Part shown: in pieces, positions 1 to 10,066 of the stretch
Position numbering within the stretch: the stretch's first letter is position 1
Layout of the letters: each line of letters opens with the position of its first letter
Source: Alphaproteobacteria bacterium
GTDB lineage: Bacteria; Pseudomonadota; Alphaproteobacteria; UBA828
Assembly (NCBI GenBank): GCA_963422645.2
Contig: CAXXVO010000008.1
Location: 256,001-320,000, forward strand
Direction: 5' to 3'
Length of the DNA stretch: 64,000 bases
Position numbers and translations under genes: made by a program
Notes under the pieces: generated by a model
Databases searched by the model: none
Seen by the model: only the letters and a program-made list of their open reading frames with translations
What the model was told of the DNA's origin: nothing

Positions 1-1
1 G

Positions 2-139
2 TGGCGCCACTGCGACACCGGCCAGTGGTACCGGACATTCGGAAACGAGCACTGGGAGTTCGACCCGGACGGATTGCAGAGCGTGCTCGATCTCTCCGCC
101 AACGACATCCCGATCGAGGAGTCCGAGCGGACGCTCTGA
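2..139 (+). CDS. DUF1348 / SnoaL-like protein, C-terminal part (runs off window start)
   Basis: Frame 2 reads WRHCDTGQWYRTFGNEHWEFDPDGLQSVLDLSANDIPIEESERTL*, resembling the DUF1348 W.R.YGNE.WEFD..G motif; not in the ORF track. Confidence 0.75.
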   Translation, partial: WRHCDTGQWYRTFGNEHWEFDPDGLQSVLDLSANDIPIEESERTL

Positions 140-480
140 CTACCAGCCCAGCGCGCGGCTCATGCGCCGGGGGTCGGCGGCGCCTTCGATCGCTCCGGAC
201 TCAAGGTCCTTGCGGACCGCGCAGACGCCACCGGTCCAGTGCGACCAGTCGTCCAGACGCTCGATGCGGTGCCCGCGCGCGGCGAGCCGGCCGCTCGTCG
301 CCTCGTCGATGCGCCCTTCGAGGGTGACGAGGCCGGGATGGGCGGCGTGGGGCGCGAAGGAATCCGGATGGCTGTGGGTGACGAGGCGAGGGGCCTCCAC
401 TGCATCCTGCAGGTCCATGCCGAAGGCCAGGTGATTCAGGAGCGTTTGCAGGTTGGCCTGGATCTGGGTGTCGCCGCCGG
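140..480 (-). pseudogene. ggt: gamma-glutamyltransferase family, C-terminal fragment
   Basis: GGDTQIQANLQ...MDLQDAVEAPR...GAADPRR motifs of the GGT small subunit; 5' part replaced by a transposon end at ~480. Confidence 0.8.
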
Positions 481-593
481 CCCATGCACAGGCCGGTTTT
501 TCCAGCCCGATTCAGCCCCGAAAACCAGACGATTTTCCAGGCCATTCGCAAAGACTTCCGGCCGCGATTCGCAAAGACTTTCGTCCGGCTACA
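478..593 (-). mobile_element. Tn7-like transposon end, copy 1 (isolated ~115 bp)
   Basis: Minus strand reads TGTAGCCGGACGAAAGTCTTTGCGAATCGCGGCCGGAAGTCTTTGCGAAT; near-identical to 17861-17976 and 37241-37355. Confidence 0.7.
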
Positions 594-729
594 ACCGCGG
601 GCGAGGGGAACGACGGACATGAGAACCTGCTCGTGCGTTGGGGCGGGATGGGCTGGCCCGGTGGAGTATAGACTGTAACGTAGCGTCGGCGTTTCGCCTT
701 TGACTCAAGCTCAGGGAGGCCAGGACTCA

Positions 730-1494
730 ATGCAACCTGTATGTCTCGTTATCGGAGCCGGTGCAGGCATCGGGAGCAACGTGGCAAGCCGCTTCGCCCG
801 CGAGGGATACCACGCGGTGCTCTGCCGGCGGTCGGACGAGGAGGGGCTGAAGCGCTCGGTCGCTCGCATTGCCGAGGATGGCGGCGCCGCGTCCGGCTTC
901 CTGCTCAATGCCGTGGCGCCCGGTGCCATCGAGGAGCGGATCGCCGCGGTCGAGGCGGACATCGGCCCGATCGAGGTGGCGGTCTACAACCTTGGCGCGC
1001 AAATCGGCGACCGGTCGCTCGCGGAGACCAGCCACAAGATCTTCGAGCTGGGCTGGCGGCTGGGGACCTTCGGCCTGTTCAGGATGGCGTCCGCCCTCTG
1101 CCCGTTGATGGAGCAGCGCGGACGGGGCACGCTCCTCGTCACGTCGTCCACCGCAGCGATGCGCGGCAACGAGGGCCAGCATTCCCATGCGGCCGCCATG
1201 GGCGGGCGGCGCATGCTCTGCCAGAGCCTCAATGCGGAGTTCGGCCCCAGGGGCATTCACGTCGCGCACATCATCATCGACGGCATGGTGGATGCGCCGG
1301 ACACGCTCGGCAAGATGCTCGGCGCAGACGCGTTTCATAGGCTAAGGCAAGAGCGTGGGCTGGAGCGTGACGGCTTGCTGCTGCCCGCCGAGATCGCCGA
1401 CACCTACTTCCATCTTGCCCAGCAGCACCGCTCCGCGTGGACGCACGAGATCGACTTGCGCGCGTTCTCCGACACGCCGTGGTGGAATCGCTGA
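730..1494 (+). CDS. short-chain dehydrogenase/reductase
   Basis: VIGAGAGIG Rossmann motif, AVYNLG, GIHVAHIIIDG typical of this SDR subfamily. Confidence 0.9.
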   Translation: MQPVCLVIGAGAGIGSNVASRFAREGYHAVLCRRSDEEGLKRSVARIAEDGGAASGFLLNAVAPGAIEERIAAVEADIGPIEVAVYNLGAQIGDRSLAETSHKIFELGWRLGTFGLFRMASALCPLMEQRGRGTLLVTSSTAAMRGNEGQHSHAAAMGGRRMLCQSLNAEFGPRGIHVAHIIIDGMVDAPDTLGKMLGADAFHRLRQERGLERDGLLLPAEIADTYFHLAQQHRSAWTHEIDLRAFSDTPWWNR

Positions 1495-1547
1495 CGGCGC
1501 TCTGAACGAAGATTCGCCGTAACCGGTTGATGCGATTGGGGTGTGGG

Positions 1548-1624
1548 TGGCGCGCTCGGGAGGATTCGAACCCCCGACCCCCAGATTCGTAGTCTGGTGC
1601 TCTATCCAGCTGAGCTACGAGCGC
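1548..1624 (-). tRNA. tRNA-Arg (ACG)
   Basis: GCGCTCG acceptor stem, AGCTCAGCTGGATAGAGC D-arm, CT-ACG-AA anticodon loop, GGTTCGAATCC T-arm, encoded CCA. Confidence 0.97.
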
Positions 1625-1727
1625 GCAAGGGCGCGGCGCCCGGCGCCGGCCACGCGGCGGACCCTATCCAAATCGCCCCATGGTCGCAAGAGTGCCGCAA
1701 GGGCAGCGGGGGATGGCGGGTCCCCGC

Positions 1728-2603
1728 TCAACTACGATCCAGCTTTGCGAAGAGCAGCCAGAAGAAGCCGCCGAGGATCGGCAGGGTAACGGCCAGGATG
1801 ATCGTCGAGAGCGAGAAGATGATCGGCACCTGCGACTGGTGCGAGGCCGTCATGGTCCAGTTGTAGATCGGCATCGTCGTCTCCGAGCCGCGCAGGAAGA
1901 TCGAGCGCAGGAGCTCGTTGAAGGAGAGCAGGAAGCCGAAGATGCCCGCCCCGATGATGCCGGGGCGCAGAATCGGGAACTCGATGTCCCAGAAGCGGCG
2001 CCAGCCGGAGGCGCCCAGGTCTTGGGCGGCCTCCAGCAAGCGGTGATCGAAGCGGGTCGCGATGATCAGCACGAGCAGGAGGGAGAAGGGCAGCGACCAG
2101 ACCAGATGGCCGAGGAAGATCGACCAGAGCCCGAGCCGAAGATCGAGGAGGGAGCGGACGGAGATGAAGAGCGCTGCCCCCATGGTAAGCCCCGGCACGA
2201 AGAGGGGAATGAGGGCGACCAGGATCACGCCGCCGGGCCGCCGCATCCGGGGCATGGCGCGGCCCACGGCGGTCGCCACGATCATGCAGACGATGCCGAC
2301 GACGACCCCCATGGCGACGCTTTCGTAGAGTGGCTCTCCCCACTTGTTGAACGCGCCCATGAGCTCGTCGTAGTGCTCCATGGTGAGCGGGTAGGGGATG
2401 CCGGAGAGGGGCCGGCCGCTGAACGACATCACCGCGAGCCAGACCAGCGGGATGTACATCAGCAGGATGACGACCAGCCCGAGCCACTTGGCGATCGCGG
2501 TCCAGAGCCGCCAGGCCGAGACGCGGCGCCAGAAGAGCGCACCGCCGTGGCCGATCTGGCCATCGATGGTCGCCGCGAGCCGGTGTTGCGCCCGATCGCT
2601 CAT
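1728..2603 (-). CDS. ABC transporter permease (PotC-like)
   Basis: Multiple TM helices, EAAQDLGA (EAA) motif. Confidence 0.9.
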   Translation of the reverse strand: MSDRAQHRLAATIDGQIGHGGALFWRRVSAWRLWTAIAKWLGLVVILLMYIPLVWLAVMSFSGRPLSGIPYPLTMEHYDELMGAFNKWGEPLYESVAMGVVVGIVCMIVATAVGRAMPRMRRPGGVILVALIPLFVPGLTMGAALFISVRSLLDLRLGLWSIFLGHLVWSLPFSLLLVLIIATRFDHRLLEAAQDLGASGWRRFWDIEFPILRPGIIGAGIFGFLLSFNELLRSIFLRGSETTMPIYNWTMTASHQSQVPIIFSLSTIILAVTLPILGGFFWLLFAKLDRS

Positions 2604-2607
2604 CGCC

Positions 2608-3528
2608 TCACCGCCTCAGCGTCTGGAAGACGTCGCCGATGGAGCCGAGGCGCCGCGTCGCCAGGATCAGCAAGGTCAGCAGGAGCGCCAGCACGATGAC
2701 GACGAAGACCGAGAGCGCGGCCGCGGTCGGGTACTTCAAATTTCGAATTGCCGCCTCGACCGATGGCCCGAGCAGGTTGACGAAGCCGCCGCCCAGCATC
2801 TCGGGCTCCACCCAGGTCGCCATGAGCGGCACCATGGTGAAGACGGCACCGGCGACGATACCCGGCAGCGAGAGCGGCAGGATGATGTAGAAGAGCGTGT
2901 GCAGCTTGCTCGCGCCGAGGTCGCGGCTCGCCTCCAGGTAGTGGTCGTCGATCAGGCTCACGACCAGGAAGATGGGAAACACCATCGTCGGGAAGTAGGG
3001 CGCGAGCATTCCGAAATGGACGGCGAATTCCGAGAAGAGCATCCACTCCATCGGCTCGCTGATGATGCCGAGCTCCATGAGCACGGTGTTGATGATGCCG
3101 TTCTTGCCCAGGATGGCGCGCCAGATGATGGTGCGCGACGAGGGGTCGAGGAAGAAGGGGATGGTGAGCAGGGTGATGATGACCGCCTTGGTCACCTTCG
3201 ACTTGCAGGTCTTGGCGAGCCACAGCGCGAAAGGGAAGGCGATCAGGAACTCGACCACGGTCATTACCAGCACGACGCGGAGCGTGCGCACCGCCGCGAT
3301 CCAACGCCCGGAGTCGATCAGCGAGTTCCAGGTCTTGAACGAGGCGTCGTAGGACACCTGGTAGTTCTTCATCTCGAAGAAGCTGTAGGAGATCATGATG
3401 AGGAGCGGCAGGATGACGATGACCACCCACGTCGCGACGAACACCGGCACGACCCAGTTGCCCGAAAAGAGCCGGGTGTAGCCGACGCGGAGGTCGTTGA
3501 CGAAGCCGCTTCCCGCCGAGTCAGACAT
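2608..3528 (-). CDS. ABC transporter permease (PotB-like)
   Basis: TM helices, EASRDLGA motif, LPLSLPGI. Confidence 0.9.
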   Translation of the reverse strand: MSDSAGSGFVNDLRVGYTRLFSGNWVVPVFVATWVVIVILPLLIMISYSFFEMKNYQVSYDASFKTWNSLIDSGRWIAAVRTLRVVLVMTVVEFLIAFPFALWLAKTCKSKVTKAVIITLLTIPFFLDPSSRTIIWRAILGKNGIINTVLMELGIISEPMEWMLFSEFAVHFGMLAPYFPTMVFPIFLVVSLIDDHYLEASRDLGASKLHTLFYIILPLSLPGIVAGAVFTMVPLMATWVEPEMLGGGFVNLLGPSVEAAIRNLKYPTAAALSVFVVIVLALLLTLLILATRRLGSIGDVFQTLRR

Positions 3529-3546
3529 CGCTCGCCGACAAATAAA

Positions 3547-3594
3547 GAGCCCCGGCGCGCCGTGCGAAGGTGTTCGCGGGGCGCACCGGGGCTG
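3547..3594 (-). terminator. stem-loop downstream of the binding-protein gene (terminator or mRNA stabiliser)
   Basis: AGCCCCGG..CCGGGGCT GC-rich inverted repeat followed on the minus strand by CTTTATTT. Confidence 0.55.
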
Positions 3595-3617
3595 TCGTCA
3601 CATCGCGGATGGCGCGG

Positions 3618-4811
3618 TCAGGCGTTCAGGAAGCGCTGCCACTCCTCTTCCATGACATCGGCGTTCGGCGCCGCCGGCTTGCCGAAGAAGGGCTTCTCGA
3701 ACTTCTTGTTGACCTTGACCTCGGTCCACTTGAGCTCGTCGACCTGCTCCTGCGGCCAGCCCTGCTCCTCCGCGAACTTGACGCCGAGGTCCATGTTGGG
3801 CCCGGCGTAGCCGCGTTGGATCGCCTGGTAGGCGCGGTACTCGCCCGTCAAGTAGTAGTTGAGCACATTGTAGATGTTGTCGACATTGTCGCGCTCGCCG
3901 GCCTTGGTGTGCATGTAGGCGCCGTGGCCCCACTTGTAATAGCCCTCGACCGTGAAGGCGTAGATCACCGTGCCGGGGCCGAGGATGTTGTTGGCCTCCT
4001 TGGTCGCCGGCTCCCAGCAGTTGATCAGGTCGATCTCGCGGTTGCTGAGGAGCTGCACCTGCTCCTCGAAGGCCGCGTGGAGCGAGCGGAACTGGCCTGC
4101 GCGCTTGCGGTCCGCCGCGAAGTCCGCGACCACGCGGGCCTCCTCGCCGGTCATGTTGGCGACGTCCTCGATCTCGGCCCGGCCGTTGGCCTTGAGGTAG
4201 AGGGCAACCTCGGGGCTCGAGAGCAGCCAGCTGCGGTCGAGCGAGACGCGGCCCTTGGTGTCGTCGTCCTCGAGCATCTTGCTCCAGGGGATCTCGTCGA
4301 GACCCTCCGGACTGGCGCCGATTGATTCGGGGAAGTAGCCGAAGCTGTCGGCATTGCCAATGACCGGCACGCCGTACTGGTTGCCGTCGTAATCCTGCAG
4401 CAGGTCGGTGCGCTTCCAGTCGTCGGAGGTCCGCTCCCAGAGCGAGAGGTTCGGATGGTCCTCCATGACGGTGGCGTAATAGCCCTGCGGCCCCAGGATG
4501 TCCTCGGTCCCGCCGTCGAAGATGAAGATGTCGTGCGTCTCACCGAGGTCGTTCGAGATCACGTCACGCATGTAGGTGCCGATGTCGGCGTTGGTCCCGG
4601 TGAACTCCATCGTGATGCCGATGGCCTTCTCCATGATGGACCAGTCCTTGAGCTGCGACGTGGTGACGCCGTAGCCCTTGACCGTCGTCGATGCCGCCTG
4701 CGCCACGCGTGTCGTGGCCAGCGATCCAGCCGCGGCCAACGTCGCGGCGGCCGCCGTGCCCTTAAGCACGTCACGGCGCGATATGTCCGGTGTTCCCCAC
4801 TTCTCGCTCAT
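3618..4811 (-). CDS. Tat-exported ABC substrate-binding protein (PotD/PotF-like)
   Basis: SRRDVLK twin-arginine signal after MSEKW start; YGVP motif; precedes two permeases. Confidence 0.85.
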   Translation of the reverse strand: MSEKWGTPDISRRDVLKGTAAAATLAAAGSLATTRVAQAASTTVKGYGVTTSQLKDWSIMEKAIGITMEFTGTNADIGTYMRDVISNDLGETHDIFIFDGGTEDILGPQGYYATVMEDHPNLSLWERTSDDWKRTDLLQDYDGNQYGVPVIGNADSFGYFPESIGASPEGLDEIPWSKMLEDDDTKGRVSLDRSWLLSSPEVALYLKANGRAEIEDVANMTGEEARVVADFAADRKRAGQFRSLHAAFEEQVQLLSNREIDLINCWEPATKEANNILGPGTVIYAFTVEGYYKWGHGAYMHTKAGERDNVDNIYNVLNYYLTGEYRAYQAIQRGYAGPNMDLGVKFAEEQGWPQEQVDELKWTEVKVNKKFEKPFFGKPAAPNADVMEEEWQRFLNA

Positions 4812-5029
4812 GCTCGGCCTCCCCTTGCCGTCCCACGTTGAGTCCCTGCGCGTCGGGCCGCCCCTTGTTTCCGCGAAGCGGCCCGCGCGATCGCCTCGCG
4901 TCTCACTATACACGATTGGCGCATGCCGGTGCCACGGGCGGATGCAGGGGCCAACCTGCAACGATGCCTGTCGCCGTCGTCCCCTGATTGCGTATCCTGC
5001 CGGCTGCCCGAACCCGGAAGGAGCATCCC

Positions 5030-5659
5030 ATGCGCAAGCCCGCCTCCATGAAGGCCCTCGAAAAACTCGGCCGGGTCCGCTTGTCCGAGCACTTCTTCAT
5101 GCGTGAGATGCTCTATAGCGAGATCGCGAACTTCCACGGGATCCCGAACATTCCGGACGATCCCGACCTCGCCGTCGCGGCCGGCACCCGGCTCTGCGAA
5201 GAGCTGCTTGAGCCGCTCCATGCCACCTTCGGCCACGTCTCGATCCGCTCCGCCTTCCGCTCCGTCGAGGTCAACACTTACGGCCATGAGCGGTCGGACA
5301 GGGGCTACAACTGCGGCGAGACCACCTGGAACCATGCCCGCCACGTCTGGGACCGGCGCGATATCGAGGGCCACATGGGGGCGACCGCGTGCATCGTGAT
5401 CCCCTGGTTCATCCCGCGCTACGAGGCCGGCACGCCCTGGCAGGCCCTGGCCTGGTGGGTGCACGACAACCTGCCCTACTCCGACATGGCGTTCTTCCAG
5501 CACTACGCCGCATTCAACCTGCGCTGGTGCAAGACGCCGGCCCGGCGCATCGAGAGTTTCGCACCGCCGAGAGGATGCCTCACCAAGCCCGGCATGGCGA
5601 ACCACGACGGCGATCACGCCTCGGAATACCCCGGCTTCCCGGCGCTCAAGCGCCGCTGA
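5030..5659 (+). CDS. peptidase M15-like conserved protein
   Basis: RLSEHFFMRE..SE, LCEELLEPL, IRSAFRS pattern resembling peptidase M15; RBS AAGGAG upstream. Confidence 0.6.
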   Translation: MRKPASMKALEKLGRVRLSEHFFMREMLYSEIANFHGIPNIPDDPDLAVAAGTRLCEELLEPLHATFGHVSIRSAFRSVEVNTYGHERSDRGYNCGETTWNHARHVWDRRDIEGHMGATACIVIPWFIPRYEAGTPWQALAWWVHDNLPYSDMAFFQHYAAFNLRWCKTPARRIESFAPPRGCLTKPGMANHDGDHASEYPGFPALKRR

Positions 5660-5762
5660 CGCCGAAATCGCACCGAAATCGCACCGGCATTGCGACGCGC
5701 GTTCCTCGGGCCGTGGCGCCCACTCGGGTGTGTTATCATCGATGCGAGATAGGGGGGATAAA

Positions 5763-6263
5763 ATGACCGAAACCACCGTGTTTAGCGCCTGTCCGCACGA
5801 TTGCCCCGACACCTGCGCCATGCTCACCACCGTCGAGGACGGCAAGGTGACCGGTGTGCGCGGCAATCCCGATCATCCCTTCACCCGGGGCGGTCTCTGC
5901 GTCAAGGTCAACGACTACCAGAACCGGGTCCATAGCGAGGACCGGGTGCTGCACCCCCTGCGCCGCACCGGCGCCAAAGGGGCGGGCGCATTCGAGCGTA
6001 TCGGCTGGGAGGACGCGCTCGGTGAGATTTCGAGCCGCTGGAACGCGATCATCGACGAGGACGGCCCGAGCACCATCCTTCCCTACAGCTATCTCGGCAC
6101 CGAGGGCATTCTCAACGGCCTCAACGTCGGCGATGCGTTCTTCAACAAGCTCGGTGCCGCGGTCTCGGAGCGCACCTTCTGCGATTCCGGCGCGATCACC
6201 GCATTCTTCATGACCTGCGGGCCGACCGCGGCGGTGGATCCCGAGAGCTTCGTTCATTCGAAG
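5763..6263 (+). pseudogene. molybdopterin oxidoreductase, N-terminal fragment truncated by IS66
   Basis: CPHDCPDTC Fe-S motif, GNPDHPFTRGGLC; homology stops at the IS66 IR at 6264. Confidence 0.9.
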
Positions 6264-7313
6264 GTAACTGCCCAGGTCTGATTCTGCCGAGCACTCGGAC
6301 GTGATGGATTGATGGTTCTGACCAGCCAGGGGTCAGGCGGCGCTTTCCCGGAGCAGCGCAGGATTTCAGAAGCGCAATACGGGGATCAGCTGGATTGGAT
6401 CGGGGTGCGCCAGGGTTTCGAGGACATTCCAGCGCTGTTTTCGAGCGGTGGCGATGACGGATCGCAGGTTTGCGAAGTCGCGGGCGCCTTGTATCGAGCG
6501 GAAGCCGCCTGAGATTTTCTGGCGCAGCTTGCCCATTCGGAGGTCGCGCTCGGCCTCGTTGTTGGAGAAGGGGGTTCGCGGATCGGTGAGGAAGCGCAGG
6601 CACCCCTCCTTGTACTTCTGGAGTCGGAGGGCGAGGTTGTGACCGATGCGGCGCTTTTGTCGTCCGCGCTTTCCGGTCTGGAGCGGTGGCATTTCTTCGT
6701 GAGAGGCGATGGCACGTTCGAGGATGCGGTCCCAGGCTCGCGAGATGCGGGCCACCAGTGAGGCGGGCACGTCGCGGTCGTTCTTGTGGGCGAAGCGGGC
6801 GGCTCTGTTGGCACGGATGAGGAGCCGGTGCGTGCTCGTTGCCCAGTCTTCCTTCTCGATCTCGATGAGGGCTTGGAGCTCGCGCAGGTGATGGGCGTTG
6901 CAGGCCCCGTGGCGCACGCCCTCGAGAGCGAAGTAGGTGGCGTAGTCGTCATGGATGACGATGCCGTTGAGCTTCTCGTCGATGTGGCTGCGCCCGGTGG
7001 CGACGCGCAGGATGGTGAGCAACGGGGTGCACAGCACATGGAGCCAATGGGTCCGGGCGGCGATGCGGATGCCGGTCTCGTCGAGGTGTTTGACTGGGGC
7101 TGCGGTGCGGATGATCTCCGCGAGGCGATCGAGGAAGCCCTCGAAGCGCCGGGCGGTGCGCCTTCCCATGGCGACGATGGTGGCTGTTGAGAGCTTGACC
7201 GCGAAGAGGTCGCTCATGACCTCGGCGACCCGCTTCTCGGGAATGAACTGAGCGTGCAGCAGGTAGGTCACCCACGCGGTGATGCGCGGCCCGTATTGGA
7301 CCGGTGCGCTCAC

Positions 7314-9472
7314 CCCAAGTTGGCACTTTTTCCGTTTGTTCGGGGCCGAATTGGCCAGGTTTTTCCGGCTGACACACCAGATATAGCGTTGACGAGAAGG
7401 GCACGCCCCTACATTTGCGATTGCCGTCTCGAACTCCCTTTGTAGTGCCAGGGAATGGTGGGTTTGCAGGATTTCCCTTGACCCCACCACCAAAGCCGAC
7501 ATATCTGAACCCGCCACGACCAAAACGTGCCGGGCGACATGTTCATCAGGGCAACCAAGACCCACACTACCGAAGGCAAGCCGGTCCGCAGCCATCGCCT
7601 CGTGCTCTCGCAGCGCATCGGCGACAAGGTCAGGCAGCGCACGCTTCTCAACCTCGGCACCGACTATCCGGTGCCGAAGGAGAAATGGCGCGAAGTTGCC
7701 GGACTCGCCGAGGCGCTGCTCAACGGCCGCCCGCCGCTGCTCGAAGCCGCGCCGGACGTGCAGGCCGCAGCCGAGGACATCGTCGCCAAGCTCAGGGCCA
7801 GGGGGTTCCGCCCCGAGGCGATACAGGAAGAGGCGCGCAAGCCCGACATCGCCACCGTCGACCTCGATACCCTGGAGCACGAGAACCCGCGCACGGTCGG
7901 CTGCGAGCGCCTGTGCCTCAAGGCCCTCGACGACCTCGGCTTCGCCGACATCCTCCACGGCCTCGATATCAAGGGCCGCGACGGGCGCATCGCCAGCGCG
8001 CTGATCGTCGCCAGGATGGTCCATCCCGCCAGCGAGCGTGACACCAGCCGCTGGCTGCGCCGCGACAGCGCGACCGCCGAGCTCCTGGGGCTGGAGGGCG
8101 ACCGCAAGGCGCTGCGGCGCAAGACGCTCTACCGCATCGGCGACCTGCTCTGGCGCCACCGGGCCGCCATTCAGCGGGAGCTGTTCAACCGCGAGCGCGC
8201 GCTGCTCGACCTGCCCGAAACGATCGCCTTTTACGATCTCACCAATGTCCACTACCACGGCCACACCCACGGCCAGCTTCCCAGGTTCGGGCGCTCCAAG
8301 CAGAAGCGCGACGACTGTCCGCTGATCACGCTGGCGCTGGCGCTCGACGGCGCAGGCTTCCCGCGCAGTTGCGAGATCCTGCCGGGCAACGTGAGCGAGC
8401 CGGGCACGCTGGAGGACGCGCTGGTCAGGCTCGAGGCGGTGTGCGGCGGCACGGCGCCGAAGCCCACGGTGGTCATGGACGCGGGCATCGCCACCGAGGA
8501 GAACGTCGCGTGGCTGGGCGAGCAGGGCTACGACTGGATCGCGGTCAGCCGCGGCGCCAGGCCGCCGCTGCCCGAGGGCGGGCCCGAGGCTCTGCTGATC
8601 ACCAGCGCGCGGCACGAGGTGCGCGCCTGGCGGCTTGCCAGCGAGGACGGCGAGGCGCGGCTCTACGTCGTCAGCGAGGGCAAGAAGAAGGCCGAGAACG
8701 CGATCATCGGCCTCAGGCGGAACCGCTTCGAGGCGGCGCTGGAAAGGCTCCATAGCGGCCTGCCGGTCAAGGGCCGCCTCAAGCGCTACGACAGGGTGCT
8801 GGAGAGCATTGGCCGTCTCAAGCAGCGCTTCTCCACCGTCGCCAGACACTACGAGGTCACGGTCGAGAAGGCGAAAACCGGCCCCAACGCCGCCGCCGTG
8901 CGCTTCAAGCGCAGGCCGCAATACGACGAGGCCGACGAGGGCGCCGGCGCCTATGTGCTGCGCACCAGCCACGTCGACTGGGATATCGAGACGATCCTGC
9001 GGACCTACTGGCGCATCACCGACATCGAGGCCACCTTCCGCAGCCTGAAATCCGAGCTCGGCCTTCGCCCGATCTGGCACCAGCTCGACCGTCGCATCGC
9101 GGCCCACCTGCTGATCGCCGTGCTGGCCTATCACGCCGTGCATCTGATCCGTACCCGACTGGCCGCGCGGGGCATCCACAAGTGCTGGGCATCGATCCGC
9201 GAGGGCATGCGGACCTGGGTGCGGATCACCACGCGACTGCGCCAGACCGACGGCACCTTGATCGTCAACCGCCAGGACACGCGCCCGGCCGCCGAGGTCG
9301 CCCAAATCTCCTCGGCGGCGGGTGTTGACCCCGCCATCCACCGCACGAGGACCCGCCTGACGAGCTGACAGAATCTCACAAAATGTAGTGCCATGTTGGA
9401 ATCGGCAGAGAAAAATATTGCGCCATATCAAAGCGATAAACGACAGCAGAACACAAAAAGTGCCAACCTGGG
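7314..9472 (+). mobile_element. IS1634-family insertion sequence
   Basis: IRs CCCAAGTTGGCACTTTT / AAAAGTGCCAACCTGGG, 4-bp TSD TCAC (7310-7313, 9473-9476). Confidence 0.9.
7527..9368 (+). CDS. IS1634-family transposase
   Basis: MFIR..., RQRTLLNLG, FYDLTN, FGRSKQKRDD, VVMDAG, IEATFRSLKSELGLRPIWH. Confidence 0.9.
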   Translation: MPGDMFIRATKTHTTEGKPVRSHRLVLSQRIGDKVRQRTLLNLGTDYPVPKEKWREVAGLAEALLNGRPPLLEAAPDVQAAAEDIVAKLRARGFRPEAIQEEARKPDIATVDLDTLEHENPRTVGCERLCLKALDDLGFADILHGLDIKGRDGRIASALIVARMVHPASERDTSRWLRRDSATAELLGLEGDRKALRRKTLYRIGDLLWRHRAAIQRELFNRERALLDLPETIAFYDLTNVHYHGHTHGQLPRFGRSKQKRDDCPLITLALALDGAGFPRSCEILPGNVSEPGTLEDALVRLEAVCGGTAPKPTVVMDAGIATEENVAWLGEQGYDWIAVSRGARPPLPEGGPEALLITSARHEVRAWRLASEDGEARLYVVSEGKKKAENAIIGLRRNRFEAALERLHSGLPVKGRLKRYDRVLESIGRLKQRFSTVARHYEVTVEKAKTGPNAAAVRFKRRPQYDEADEGAGAYVLRTSHVDWDIETILRTYWRITDIEATFRSLKSELGLRPIWHQLDRRIAAHLLIAVLAYHAVHLIRTRLAARGIHKCWASIREGMRTWVRITTRLRQTDGTLIVNRQDTRPAAEVAQISSAAGVDPAIHRTRTRLTS

Positions 9473-10066
9473 TCACGCCGTTCGGGAAGACGGCTGTCGT
9501 CACGGTGCCGCAGGCAGCGCAGAGGCAACGATGGCCGCGATGTTCGGTGACCTCGAGGGGCTGCGGCTCGGGCACATCGAAGACCTGCCGGCAGACGGGG
9601 GCTCCGTGACGGTCAGCGTCCGACAGCGGCGCGCCGCAGCCCTCACAGGCGGACGGATCATGATCGACGACATGGTCGGGCGTCGCGGTCCGCTCCAGGG
9701 TAGTTCCCTTGTGGCCCGGCTGGCCGCCACTGGGCCTGTCGGACTTGCCGCGCTGGCTCCGGGTGCGCTTCTCCCGGTCACCGCTCTTCTTCTTCAGACC
9801 GTCGCTGGCCGGCGGCTTGGAGCTGGTGGTGCTGTCGAGCGCGGCGCTGCGCTCGAGTTCGGCGATCCGCTCGCGCAAGCGGGCGTTCTCCCGCTCCAGC
9901 GCGTCGTTCTCCTTGACCAGGGCCGCGCTCAGGCGCAGCAACCTCTGGCCCCATTCCCGAATGGCTTTGACGGCGGTCATTGCGAAGGATTGTGGGGTGA
10001 AAAGGTCCTGCAGGCACGCGAAGGCCTCGTCGTGGGCAGCGAGGTCCTCGTGCCAGCGCGACACTG

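Noticed and set aside
545-580. ATTCGCAAAGACTT repeats as a mini-CRISPR
   Set aside because: Only two units with a 9-bp constant spacer, and no cas genes; fits transposase-binding sites
1548-1624. tRNA-Arg as an integration site
   Set aside because: No integrase, and no duplicated tRNA 3' end noticed in the window
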